A stretch of DNA of 64,000 nucleotides from positions 1 through 64,000 of the forward strand of contig JACRCW010000076.1 of the NCBI GenBank assembly GCA_016218805.1, in the 5' to 3' direction. Source of the DNA: Deltaproteobacteria bacterium. GTDB taxonomy: Bacteria; Myxococcota; JACRCW01. The position numbers and the translations under genes were made by a program. Each line of letters starts with the position of its first letter. Within the stretch, counting starts at the first letter, position 1. The notes beneath the pieces are model-generated. The model made no database searches. It saw nothing but the letters and a program-made list of their open reading frames with translations, and was not told the DNA's origin. Of this stretch, positions 47,911 through 57,154 are shown in pieces.

Positions 47911-48805
47911 GCGCGGCGATGGTGCCGTCCGCCACCGCGGTGGTGATCTGCCGGAACTTCTTGGCGCGCACGTCGCCCGCCACGTACAGGCCCGGCACCG
48001 GCGTGCTCATGTCGTCGGCCGTTTCCACGTAGCCCCACTTGTCCAGCGGCACCACGCCCTTGAGCAGCTCCGTCTGCGGCACCATGCCGATGAAGATGAA
48101 CACACCGTCCGTGCTGAGCATCCTGCGCTCGTGGGTCTTCACGTTCTCCACCACCAGGGTCTCCAACGTCTTCTCGCCGTGGAACCCGCGCGGCTCATGG
48201 CTCCACAACACCTTGATCTTCGGGTTGTGCAGCGCCTCCTCCGCGGTGGATGCCTCTGCCTGGAACTGGTCAAACTGGTGCACAATCGTCACGGTCCTCG
48301 CAAACTGCGTGAGGAACAGCGATTCCTCGACGGCCGAGTTCCCACCACCGATGACGTGGATGTCCTTGCCCTCAAAGTACGCGCCGTCGCACGTGGCGCA
48401 GTACGAGATGCCGGCCCCGCGGAAGCGGGCCTCACCCTCCAGGCCCAGGTGACGCGGCCGCGCGCCGGTGGCCACAATTGCGACGGGAGCCGTAACGGTG
48501 TCCTCGTCGTCCAGGACAAACCGCTTGACGTCCGCGCGCAGGTCCATGTCCGTGATTTCCACGGCGCGGCGGACCTTGGTGCCAAAGCGCTCCGCCTGCT
48601 TGGCAAACGCCGCCGCCAATTCCGTTCCTTTGATGTCCTCAGGAAAGCCCGGGTAGTTGGACACCTTGTGGGTGGTCTTCACCTGCCCACCGGGCACGCT
48701 CTCATCCAGCACCAGCGTGCGCAGCCGCGCGCGCGCCGCGTAGATGGCGGCGGCCAGGCCCGCGGGTCCGCCTCCCACAATCACAACGTCATGCGTGGTT
48801 TCCAT
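47876..48805 (-). CDS. trxB: Thioredoxin-disulfide reductase
   Basis: GGGPAGL, NYPGF, CATCDG, GGGNSAVEE and AGDVR..QITTAVADG motifs. Confidence 0.95.
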   Translation of the reverse strand: METTHDVVIVGGGPAGLAAAIYAARARLRTLVLDESVPGGQVKTTHKVSNYPGFPEDIKGTELAAAFAKQAERFGTKVRRAVEITDMDLRADVKRFVLDDEDTVTAPVAIVATGARPRHLGLEGEARFRGAGISYCATCDGAYFEGKDIHVIGGGNSAVEESLFLTQFARTVTIVHQFDQFQAEASTAEEALHNPKIKVLWSHEPRGFHGEKTLETLVVENVKTHERRMLSTDGVFIFIGMVPQTELLKGVVPLDKWGYVETADDMSTPVPGLYVAGDVRAKKFRQITTAVADGTIAALAAQKYVRERH

Positions 48806-48817
48806 GTTGCCTCCCCG

Positions 48818-49150
48818 TCACGCAAGAACCGCTTCAATGGCTGCCTTCAGCTCGCTGCGCTTGATGTCACCGCTGAAGCGTGACCCGACCTCCTTGCCGC
48901 CCTTGAAGAACAGGACGGTGGGGCTGCCGCTGACGCCCAGCTTGGTGGCCAGCTCGCGGCTCCCCTGTCGGAAAATCTTCAGGAAACGCGCGCGCCCCGC
49001 GTACTGCTCCGCCAGCGCGTCGTACTTGGGCGCCAGCGCTTCGCACGGGGCGCACTCCGTGGAGAAGAAATCCAACAGCACGGGCTGCGGCGAGGCGAGC
49101 ACCTCGGATTCAAACTGGGCCTGGTCGATGGTCTTGACGTGGTCACTCAT
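48818..49150 (-). CDS. Thioredoxin family protein (CAPC active site)
   Basis: VLLDFFSTECAPC...PTVLFFKGG. Confidence 0.88.
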   Translation of the reverse strand: MSDHVKTIDQAQFESEVLASPQPVLLDFFSTECAPCEALAPKYDALAEQYAGRARFLKIFRQGSRELATKLGVSGSPTVLFFKGGKEVGSRFSGDIKRSELKAAIEAVLA

Positions 49151-49174
49151 GGGTCTTCCTCAAGGCGGATGGGG

Positions 49175-49211
49175 CCCCCGGGAGGCGCGCCACCGCGGCG
49201 CGCTCCGGGGG
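49175..49211. other. GC-rich stem-loop between the peptide gene and thioredoxin
   Basis: CCCCCGGGAGGCGCGCC-accgc-GGCGCGCTCCGGGGG; no clear U-tract. Confidence 0.6.
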
Positions 49212-49225
49212 TTTCGGCCACATCT

Positions 49226-49330
49226 TCAGTCGTGGCAGCCGGACACGATGCGCGACGACTTCGCGCAGCACTGCGCCGTCTTCTCCGGACCGGCGCTACA
49301 ACAGGCTTTCTTCCTGGTCAGCATCTTCAC
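49226..49330 (-). CDS. 34-aa Cys-rich peptide MKMLTRKKACCSAGPEKTAQCCAKSSRIVSGCHD (candidate RiPP precursor or metalloid-binding peptide)
   Basis: GTG start overlaps the methyltransferase stop (GTGA); AGGAGG RBS 9 nt upstream; five Cys. Alternative ATG start at 49324. Confidence 0.72.
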   Translation of the reverse strand: MKMLTRKKACCSAGPEKTAQCCAKSSRIVSGCHD

Positions 49331-50013
49331 GTGCTTCCACCTCCTTCCCCGACAGGGGGACTCTGCTTGAAGCCCCGCAGCGTGAGGCTTCGCACCACCA
49401 CGCCGCCTTTCTCGTACGGCTCGGAACGCTCCACCACGTCCACGCGCGCAAACCCCGCGCGGGAGATGGCGCCCAGGTACTCGGCCTCTGGGACGGCGCC
49501 GCCGTAGCAGGCCGCCCACGCGGCGGGGTCCTCGCGCACCGCCTGGGGCAACTCCTGTTCGGCAATCACGTCAGACACCACAAAGCGGCCACCCGGGCGC
49601 AGCACGCGGTGGACCTCGCGGTAGACGGCTTCCTTGTCGCGCGCGTGGTTGATGGTGCAGTTGGAGATGACCACGTCCGCCGCGGCGTCAGGCAGGTCCA
49701 GGGACGCCAGGTCACTGCGCACAAAGCGCACGTTGCGCTGGTAGGGCGGCACCGCAGCGCGCGCGGCGGCCAGCATGGCGTCCGTGCGGTCCACGCCAAT
49801 GGCGGCACCCTTGTCCCCAACGCGATCCGCCGCGCGGATGACGTCACGCCCGCGGCCGCAACCCAGGTCCACCAGCACCTCGCCGCGCTGGGGCGCGGAA
49901 ATGTCAAATGCACTCCCGCAGGACAGCGAACCGGCGCAGCAGGAGGTGGCCAGCGCGCCGTAGCGGGCTTCCACGGCGTCCTCGAGCGTTCTGGGGGCGG
50001 GACAACAGGACAT
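49327..50013 (-). CDS. SAM-dependent methyltransferase, arsenite methyltransferase (ArsM)-like
   Basis: LSCG, VDLGCGRG, VISNCTIN, RVLRPGG and WAACYGGA; these Cys positions match the ArsM/AS3MT pattern. Two extra N-terminal CC pairs. Confidence 0.8.
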   Translation of the reverse strand: MSCCPAPRTLEDAVEARYGALATSCCAGSLSCGSAFDISAPQRGEVLVDLGCGRGRDVIRAADRVGDKGAAIGVDRTDAMLAAARAAVPPYQRNVRFVRSDLASLDLPDAAADVVISNCTINHARDKEAVYREVHRVLRPGGRFVVSDVIAEQELPQAVREDPAAWAACYGGAVPEAEYLGAISRAGFARVDVVERSEPYEKGGVVVRSLTLRGFKQSPPVGEGGGST

Positions 50014-50025
50014 GATGGCTCTCCA

Positions 50026-50067
50026 GGGAATCCGCCGTGTGGGAGCCCCCGGCGGCGCGGAGGGTTC
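50026..50067 (-). promoter_or_regulatory. Upstream motif shared with the radical SAM gene
   Basis: Minus strand reads GAACCCTCCGCGCCGCCGGGGGCTCCCACACGGCGGATTCCC. Confidence 0.55.
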
Positions 50068-50156
50068 ACGCCTCCCGGGTACGCCCCGGTGTCGACGGGA
50101 ACAACCTCACGCCCGGGAAGGCCGGGCTGGATCTGCGCCTGCACCGGGCGGTGCGC

Positions 50157-51362
50157 TCACTCGTACCGGAGCGCCTCCACCGGATCGACGAGCGCGGCGT
50201 TGCGCGCGGGCAGCACGCCACTGAGCACGCCCACCAGCGCGGAGAAACCCATGGCCACGGCCACGATCCAGGCGGAGAGCTCCACCGGGAGGTCAGGCAC
50301 CACGTTACGCGCGATGGCGATGATGCCCGCGCCCAGCCCCAGCCCGACGAGCCCGCCCACCAGGCTGATGACCACCGCCTCAACGAGGAACTGCAGCAGG
50401 ATGTCCGTGCGCGTGGCGCCCACGGCGCGCCGGATGCCGATCTCCCGCGTGCGCTCCTTCACGCTCACCAGCATGATGTTCATGATGCCAATGCCACCCA
50501 CCACGAGCGAGATGGAGGCGATGGCGAGGATCACCAGCGTCATGGTGCGCAGCAGGTCGTTGACGGTCTCCAGCAGGTCATCCTGGCTGCGGATGGTGAA
50601 GTCCTCCTGGAAGTTGTGACGCGCGGAAAGCACCTCGCGGATGTCGTCCATGGCCGCGGCGGTGCTGCGGCGGTCACGGCTGCGGCACAGCACCTGCGTG
50701 ACGCCGTCCAGTTGGAACAGGTCCATGGCCGTCTGGGCGGGGACGTACGCAATGTCATCCCAGTCAAACCCGAACGTCTGCCCCTTGGGCGCCATCACAC
50801 CGACGATGCGGAAGGGCACGTCCGTGATCTTGACTGTGCGCCCCAGCGGGTTCTCCTCGCCGAACAACTCGCGCACGATGGTGGTGCCCACCACCACGAC
50901 ATGGCGGCCCGCCAGCGCGTCCTCGTCATCAAAGAAGCGGCCGGACTGCACGTGCAGGTTGCGCATGTCCGGGTACATGGCGCTGGTGCCGAACACCGCG
51001 ACATCCCGCCGGCGATCCAGGTAGCGCAACGTCCCGCCGCCGAAGACGATGGGGCTGACCGCGTCGAGCGTGCGCGCGCGCCGCTCGATGGCGCGGGCGT
51101 CCTCCAGCGTGATCTTGCGCGGGTTGTTCAGCGGCGGCGGACCCATGCCCTTGCGCTCGGTCTTGCCGGGAATGACCTCAATGAGGCTGCTGCCCAGCCC
51201 GGAGAACGCCTCGGCCAGGTAGGTGCGCACGCCGTCACCCAGGCCGACGAGCAGGATGATGCTCAGCACACCGATGATCACGCCCAGTGTGGTGAGGAAC
51301 CCGCGCACCGGGTTGGCGCGCAGCGCGCCGAACGCCGCGACCACGTGGTCCAGCGTGTTCAT
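50157..51362 (-). CDS. MacB/FtsX-type ABC permease
   Basis: GGIGIMNIMLVSVKERTREIGIRRAVGA; C-terminal PVEALRYE. Confidence 0.93.
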   Translation of the reverse strand: MNTLDHVVAAFGALRANPVRGFLTTLGVIIGVLSIILLVGLGDGVRTYLAEAFSGLGSSLIEVIPGKTERKGMGPPPLNNPRKITLEDARAIERRARTLDAVSPIVFGGGTLRYLDRRRDVAVFGTSAMYPDMRNLHVQSGRFFDDEDALAGRHVVVVGTTIVRELFGEENPLGRTVKITDVPFRIVGVMAPKGQTFGFDWDDIAYVPAQTAMDLFQLDGVTQVLCRSRDRRSTAAAMDDIREVLSARHNFQEDFTIRSQDDLLETVNDLLRTMTLVILAIASISLVVGGIGIMNIMLVSVKERTREIGIRRAVGATRTDILLQFLVEAVVISLVGGLVGLGLGAGIIAIARNVVPDLPVELSAWIVAVAMGFSALVGVLSGVLPARNAALVDPVEALRYE

Positions 51363-52078
51363 CCGGCGGCCTCCGCGCGCGGCACCGGCCCGTCCTCCAC
51401 GACGGCGCCGTCCACCAATGACACGCGGCGGCGGGTGTACGCGGCCACCTCCGGGTCATGCGTGACCACCACAATGGTGGACCCCGCGGCGTGGAGTTCA
51501 TCAAACAGCGTGATGATCTCGCGGCCGGTGCGCCGGTCCAGCGCGCCGGTGGGTTCGTCCGCCAGCAGCAGCGCGGGCTGCGTGACCAGCGCGCGCGCAA
51601 TGGCCACGCGCTGACGCTGCCCGCCGGAGAGTTCATTGGGGCGGTGCGTGACGCGGTTGGCCAGGCCCACGCGGTCCAGGGACTGCAGCGCCAGGCGGCG
51701 GCGTTCACGCGCGGACAGGCCGCGGTAGCGCAGTGGCAGCTCCACGTTCTCCAGCGCGTTGGCGCGCGACAGCAGGTTGAAGTTCTGGAAGATGAAACCG
51801 ATCTTGCGGTTGCGCACGTTGGCGAGACGGTGGTCCGGCAGCGCGGAGGCCTCTTCACCGTCCAGCGCGTAGGTGCCCGCGGACGGGCGGTCCAGGCAGC
51901 CAATGATGTTCATCAGCGTGCTCTTGCCACTGCCGGACGGCCCAATGATGGCCACGTACTCGCCGCGCAGCACCACGAGGTCCACCCCGGCCAGTGCCAC
52001 CACCCGGCTGTCCGCCTGGCCGTACTCCTTGCGGATGCCGCGCATGGCGATGACGGGCGGTGGTGCCGGTGCGCTCAT
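51359..52078 (-). CDS. ABC ATP-binding protein (MacB/LolD-type)
   Basis: GPSGSGKST, LSGGQRQRVAIARAL and DEPTGALD motifs. Confidence 0.95.
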   Translation of the reverse strand: MSAPAPPPVIAMRGIRKEYGQADSRVVALAGVDLVVLRGEYVAIIGPSGSGKSTLMNIIGCLDRPSAGTYALDGEEASALPDHRLANVRNRKIGFIFQNFNLLSRANALENVELPLRYRGLSARERRRLALQSLDRVGLANRVTHRPNELSGGQRQRVAIARALVTQPALLLADEPTGALDRRTGREIITLFDELHAAGSTIVVVTHDPEVAAYTRRRVSLVDGAVVEDGPVPRAEAAG

Positions 52079-53313
52079 GGCCGGGCCGCGGCGTCCGGCG
52101 TGGACGTGTCCGGTGCCGCCGGCCGGGGTGGGCGGCCGTCCTGCAGGCCCGCCAGGCCGCCCGGGAGCGTGGCCGCGCGTGCCAGGGGCACGGGGCGCGC
52201 GCGCACGCCCTCGCGAATGGCCGGGTCGTTGGGCGCATGCACCACGCGGTCCTGCGGGTCCACGCCGGACAGGACCTCGGTGACGTCGTCGTTGTTCGCG
52301 CCGGTGCGGATCTTCCGGCGGCGCAGCGTACCCGCGCCCTGCGCGTCCACGTCCGCCACCACCATCACGGTGCGCTCCACGCCGCGCCCCTGCACGGACA
52401 TGGTGGGGAGGATGGTGGCGCCGGATACCACCCGCTCCACCACCGCCACGTTGGCCGCGGCCCCCACGCGCAACGGCGGTGCGCCCTGGAGTTCCACCTC
52501 AATGCGCAGCATGCGCGAGAGGCGCTCGTCCCGGCCAATGGCGGGCGCCACCGCGCGCACCACGCCGGGCAGTTCCTCTGTCCGCAGCGAGTCAAACGTG
52601 ACCAGCACCGGCTGGCCCACGCGGACGCGCGGCGCATCCACCTCGTCAATGGGCGCGGTCACGTACACGTGCGTGTCATCCACCAGGTCAAACAGCGGAA
52701 CGCCCGGCGTCACCTGCGTCCCCACGGCGACAAACACGTCCTGCAGCACGCCACCAAACGGTGCGCGCAGCTCCATGCGCGCCAGCGCCAGCCGCGCCTG
52801 CGTGATGGCCGCTTCCGCCTGCCGGACCTGCGCCTCGGCCAGGCGCACGCCGTCACCCGCGGCGGCGGTCTCCACTTCCAGGCGTTCCAGTTCCACCTTG
52901 GGCGCACCGCCGCGCTCTACCAGTTGGGCCGTGCGCTCCTGCATCCGCCGGGCGCCGTCCTGGCGCGTCCGCGCGGCGGCCACGCCGGCACGGGCCACCT
53001 CCACGGCCGCTTCCGCCTGCGCCAGGCGCGCGCGCGCATCCCGCGGGTCCAACGCCAGCACCAGGTCCCCGCGCGCCACGCGGTCACCCCGGCGGCGCAG
53101 CACGCGCTCCACGGTGCCCGGCAGTTCGCCGCGGACCAGCGTGCGCTGGTCAGGCGTCACTTCACCCGCGCTGCTGCCGTTGATGACAATCCGGACGTCA
53201 CCCTTCTCCAGCGCAATCACCGTGACGTCCACCGGAGGGCGCGGACGCGTGAGCCACCACGCCGGGACACCGACGAGGCCCACCAGCACCAGCAGCGTCA
53301 GCACGCGCTTCAT
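52075..53313 (-). CDS. Efflux periplasmic adaptor (MacA-like)
   Basis: N-terminal TM anchor, lipoyl half-motifs, coiled-coil hairpin, 'LRAPFGG' and 'IDEVD'. Confidence 0.88.
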   Translation of the reverse strand: MKRVLTLLVLVGLVGVPAWWLTRPRPPVDVTVIALEKGDVRIVINGSSAGEVTPDQRTLVRGELPGTVERVLRRRGDRVARGDLVLALDPRDARARLAQAEAAVEVARAGVAAARTRQDGARRMQERTAQLVERGGAPKVELERLEVETAAAGDGVRLAEAQVRQAEAAITQARLALARMELRAPFGGVLQDVFVAVGTQVTPGVPLFDLVDDTHVYVTAPIDEVDAPRVRVGQPVLVTFDSLRTEELPGVVRAVAPAIGRDERLSRMLRIEVELQGAPPLRVGAAANVAVVERVVSGATILPTMSVQGRGVERTVMVVADVDAQGAGTLRRRKIRTGANNDDVTEVLSGVDPQDRVVHAPNDPAIREGVRARPVPLARAATLPGGLAGLQDGRPPRPAAPDTSTPDAAARP

Positions 53314-53434
53314 CCACGCTCCGGGGAGGAGCATCATGTTTGAGGGGCGCGTCGTCCAGTAATCCTTTGTCCGAGTTGACGGACGAGCCCCGGTGGCCGG
53401 CCCGCGTTACAGCTTCATGGTGCAGCACCCGTCA

Positions 53435-56400
53435 TCAGCAATGCGCGTTCAGCCACCGCTGAGCGCGGTCCACCACGTCCCTCACCCGTGCCGCGTCCCA
53501 CGTCCCCGGACCCGGCAGGCTCCACTCCAGTCTGAACGGGGACGCGGCGCCTTCCACCACCGCCAGGAAGCGGGCGAGCCACGCCGCCGTCTCCACCCCA
53601 CCGCGTAGCGCGGCGCCGGCACCGAGCAGCAGGTCAACGTGGCGGGCCGCGGACTGGACCTCAGCCGCGTCAACGACGAGGGGCTCCTCCAGCAGGCGCA
53701 GCGCCTGGGCCACCTGGCCCGCGGCGGCGGCCCGGTCCGCGTCACGCAGTTGGCAGCGGAACCGCAGGAGTAGGGGTGAGGTGGGTGTGGGGTCATCCGG
53801 CAGGGGCGCCAGCAGCAGGCCCAGCGGCTCCAGGTCACACGCCAGGGTGGCCGGCGCGGCGGCGGGGGCGGCGGCCAGCAGGGCGCGCGCCTCGTCAAGG
53901 CGCCCGGTAAGCGCCAGCGCGTGGGCCAGCACGTGGACGTCGTGGCAGGAGCGCTGCCCCGGCGGAATGTCCCCGGCCAGCGCGAGGGCGGCGGTGGTCT
54001 CGCCACGTCGCAGCAGACGTTCCACACGCATGGGGCGGGTGGCGGCATACGCGCGGACCGCGTCAATGCGGCCGAGCAGGGGCTCCACGTCGTCGTCAGC
54101 CAGCGCGTACCATGCAATGGCCTCCAGCCGCTCCGGTGTTGCGGACCACCGGTCTTCCAACCGGCGGCGGGTGGCCGCGTCAGCACGCGCCCAGTCACGC
54201 AGCTCCGCCAGGTCCGTGTTGGCGGGCCGCCCGCACGTGAACGGATCCTTGATGGCGACGACGGTGGAACGCCACACGGCCCCGCGCGCGCGTAGCGCGG
54301 GCAGGTGCGCAGCCGACGCGTGCAACTCCACGCCCTGGTCCGTGAAGGCGGCCACCGCAACACGCGTTCCGTCGTTATGGCCAACCAGGCACGCGCGCCC
54401 GGCAAACACGAGCCGATCACGCACCTTGAGGTCTCCGTCGGTGAGCGTGAGCGACGTGCGGGTTTCCGGACCCCACCGGACCACGAGGTCCCCGGATTCG
54501 GGCAGGGCGCACGCGGCAACCTGGCCGATGTGCGTGTCCGCCGCGTCGCCCAGGACGGTGCCGGTGCGCGACCGTCCGCCGTGCGCGCGGACGATCCGCA
54601 GTTCGCGCGGGCGGGCGTTGTAGGCGTCCATCTCCACCAGGGCGGATGGCCCGCCGTCCGGCCGGGCCACCACCGCTTCCACAAACGCGGACGGCGCGGA
54701 CCATGCGGCAACCTCCGCCCCGTCGGCGGCGAGCACCCGCGTGACCCCGCCTTCGCTGCCGGCCGGCTCCAGCACCCGGCCGCGCGCCCGGCTGGCAAGC
54801 CGCACCGGCAGGCGGTTCATCTTCATGCGCCGCACCACCTTGAGCGTCCGGCTGTCCACGATGGTGGTCACCGTGTCCGGCCCCGCGCTGTCGCACCGCC
54901 ACGTGCAGCCGGCGTCCCCCAGGAAGAGCACGCGGTCCAGGCTCTCGCCGCTGGGCGGGGCGGGAAGCAGATCCCACGCAAGCACGTCCCACGTGGTGGC
55001 GGAGAGCACCAGCACGTGGCCCGTACGGGAGCACAGCCACAGGGACCTGCCGGATGCGGCCAGGGCCAGGAGCGTGAAACCGGGCGGCAGCCGCAGGTGT
55101 GCGCGCGCGCGGACCGTCCCGTCCGCTGCGTCCAGGCACCACACAAACAGGTGCGCGCCCCAGGCGCACGCGAAATACGCCCGCCCATCGTCGTCCACGC
55201 ACGCGTTCACGGAGTCCGGCTCCAGGTGCTCCGGGAAGAACGGCATCCGCGCCGCCGGGTCCGCGACCGCTTCGGTGGCCGTGCGCGCGTGGCCGCGGAC
55301 GGCGCGGGTGACCTGCTCCGCCAGCGCGGCCGGCACCCGCGCATCGTTCTCCCGCCGGATCTCGCCCAGCGCGGCAAGCGCGTCGTACGCCCGCCCCTCG
55401 GCGAGCGCCTCGCGCACGAGCCCCAGGCGGCGCGCCGCGTTCCGCTCGGCCTCCAGGGCACCCGTCCGCGCGCTCAGTTCGTCCCGGAGGGCCGGCGTGA
55501 CGTCGTGGGACGGCGCGGTGCGCAGCGCGTCCAGCGCGGCTTCATGGTCACCCCGCGCGGCCAGTGCGGCGGCGGCGTCCAGCGCGGCCTGCACCGCGCG
55601 GCCGTGGAGCGCGGCCACGGCGTCGTCCACGGATGCGGTCACCTGGCGGCCCGCCCGGAACGACCGGGCCACCTCCAGATGTGGTGCCAGCGCGGTCTGC
55701 GCTTCCTGCGCTCGGTCCTCCGCGAGCAGGCGGCGCGCCTCGGCCAGGGCCCGCAGCGCGGGGACCGCTGCTGCACGCCGTGATCCCGCGCGCGGGAACT
55801 CGGCCAGCCACGCAATCTCGTCGGACCCGGCCTGCCGGCCCACCTCAGTCAGCAGCTCGTCATCGTCCAGCGCGGCGAGCGCGACCAGTCCGTCCGCGGG
55901 AGCGGCCGCGCGCCATGCGCGCACCAGCCGCGCCACGGTGTCCGCGCGCTCCTTCGCCTGCAGGGCCGCGGCCACGCGCGCACGCAGCGTCTCCAGCGCG
56001 GGATCCACCACGTGGTCGCGGGTGGCATCACGCAGCAGCGCGGCGGCGGCGACGGGATCGCGCTCCAACAGTTGTTCCACGGCGGGCGCCACCAGCAACG
56101 CACGCGCATGCGCGTCCGCCAGGCGCCGCCGGACCGTTCGCGCATCCACCTCAGCCAACACGCCGCGGGCCACGCGCGAATCCGGCCACCGCGCCAGTAA
56201 CGACGTCGCGGCCGCGCGCGCCGCGTCCTCAGGGCCGTCATCCATCCGGCGCTGCAGGTCCGCTTCCAGCGGTTCCCGCTCGCGGCGGTCGTCGTCCGCC
56301 AGGCGTTTCTCCAGCGCCAACAGGTCCGCGTGCACGGCACCACGGCGCCGTGCCTCGGCGAGCTGCGCGCGCGCGTCCGCGTGGTTGCCCGCCGCCAGCG

Positions 56401-57139
56401 CGCGTTCCACCAGGCGCGCGTGCACCTCTCCCGCGCGCGGATGCTCCAGGTCACGCAACCCGCTACGTGCCCGTTCAGCGTCCCCGCTGCGCGCCGCGGC
56501 CAGTGCGAGCAGCAGGCGGACGTCCGCGTCCGCCGCCGCCACTGCCGCGACGGGGAGCGCCAGCGCATCCGCGTCCGCGGCCAACGTGTCCACGAGCAAT
56601 TCCAGCAGCGCCCGCAGCCGCGCCGGCGAAGGCGCGGCCGCCCAGGCGCGGCGCAGGCAGTCGCGGGCGGTGTCGTAGTCGTACGCGGCCAGCGCGTTCT
56701 CAGCCGCGCGGGTGAGCGAGGCCGGGTCCTCCGCGGGTACCGCATCCGCCGCCGGTGCGGTCTCCACGACGGCGCGCGGCGGGGCGGCCACCGGCACCGC
56801 CGCGGGTCCCGCATCCAGATGGAAGCGCGCCCATGAGCGCGATTCGTCATCCAGTGCGTCCAGCACCGCGTGGCACAACCCGCGCCCGGTGGGAACATGC
56901 CGCAGCAGCACGGCGCCCTCATCAAGCACGGGTTCCAGCACGTCCCGGTGATCCCGGATGAGCACGCCAATGAGACGCGACTTGAGCTCGTAGCGGCGCC
57001 GCGCCTCGGGCTCGGGCAGGCCGCGCTCCGTCGGGTTGACCGCGCGGATGACCGCGGCCAACTCCTCAATCGGCGGTCGCACCCGCCCGCGCAGGATGGC
57101 GTCGACCGTCCGGTCCGCCTTCGGGTCTTTGCGCGGCAT
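53435..57139 (-). CDS. Large hypothetical protein with TPR-like helical regions and a central beta-rich region
   Basis: 1234-aa ORF co-oriented with its neighbours; Ala/Arg-rich helical repeats. Confidence 0.7.
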   Translation of the reverse strand: MPRKDPKADRTVDAILRGRVRPPIEELAAVIRAVNPTERGLPEPEARRRYELKSRLIGVLIRDHRDVLEPVLDEGAVLLRHVPTGRGLCHAVLDALDDESRSWARFHLDAGPAAVPVAAPPRAVVETAPAADAVPAEDPASLTRAAENALAAYDYDTARDCLRRAWAAAPSPARLRALLELLVDTLAADADALALPVAAVAAADADVRLLLALAAARSGDAERARSGLRDLEHPRAGEVHARLVERALAAGNHADARAQLAEARRRGAVHADLLALEKRLADDDRREREPLEADLQRRMDDGPEDAARAAATSLLARWPDSRVARGVLAEVDARTVRRRLADAHARALLVAPAVEQLLERDPVAAAALLRDATRDHVVDPALETLRARVAAALQAKERADTVARLVRAWRAAAPADGLVALAALDDDELLTEVGRQAGSDEIAWLAEFPRAGSRRAAAVPALRALAEARRLLAEDRAQEAQTALAPHLEVARSFRAGRQVTASVDDAVAALHGRAVQAALDAAAALAARGDHEAALDALRTAPSHDVTPALRDELSARTGALEAERNAARRLGLVREALAEGRAYDALAALGEIRRENDARVPAALAEQVTRAVRGHARTATEAVADPAARMPFFPEHLEPDSVNACVDDDGRAYFACAWGAHLFVWCLDAADGTVRARAHLRLPPGFTLLALAASGRSLWLCSRTGHVLVLSATTWDVLAWDLLPAPPSGESLDRVLFLGDAGCTWRCDSAGPDTVTTIVDSRTLKVVRRMKMNRLPVRLASRARGRVLEPAGSEGGVTRVLAADGAEVAAWSAPSAFVEAVVARPDGGPSALVEMDAYNARPRELRIVRAHGGRSRTGTVLGDAADTHIGQVAACALPESGDLVVRWGPETRTSLTLTDGDLKVRDRLVFAGRACLVGHNDGTRVAVAAFTDQGVELHASAAHLPALRARGAVWRSTVVAIKDPFTCGRPANTDLAELRDWARADAATRRRLEDRWSATPERLEAIAWYALADDDVEPLLGRIDAVRAYAATRPMRVERLLRRGETTAALALAGDIPPGQRSCHDVHVLAHALALTGRLDEARALLAAAPAAAPATLACDLEPLGLLLAPLPDDPTPTSPLLLRFRCQLRDADRAAAAGQVAQALRLLEEPLVVDAAEVQSAARHVDLLLGAGAALRGGVETAAWLARFLAVVEGAASPFRLEWSLPGPGTWDAARVRDVVDRAQRWLNAHC

Positions 57140-57154
57140 CGCGGGCCTCGGTGG

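Noticed and set aside
46868..48883. 671-aa + strand ORF with an internal repeat
   Set aside because: Shadow ORF overlapping the rSAM gene out of frame and antisense to trxB; its repeat just reflects the DNA duplication.
49160..49228. Selenocysteine readthrough of the peptide's TGA, since a stem-loop starts 14 nt downstream
   Set aside because: The readthrough tail (RCGRNPRSAPRWRASRGPHPP) looks like translated hairpin DNA and no Sec machinery is visible in the window. Not excluded; alignment of homologs would decide.
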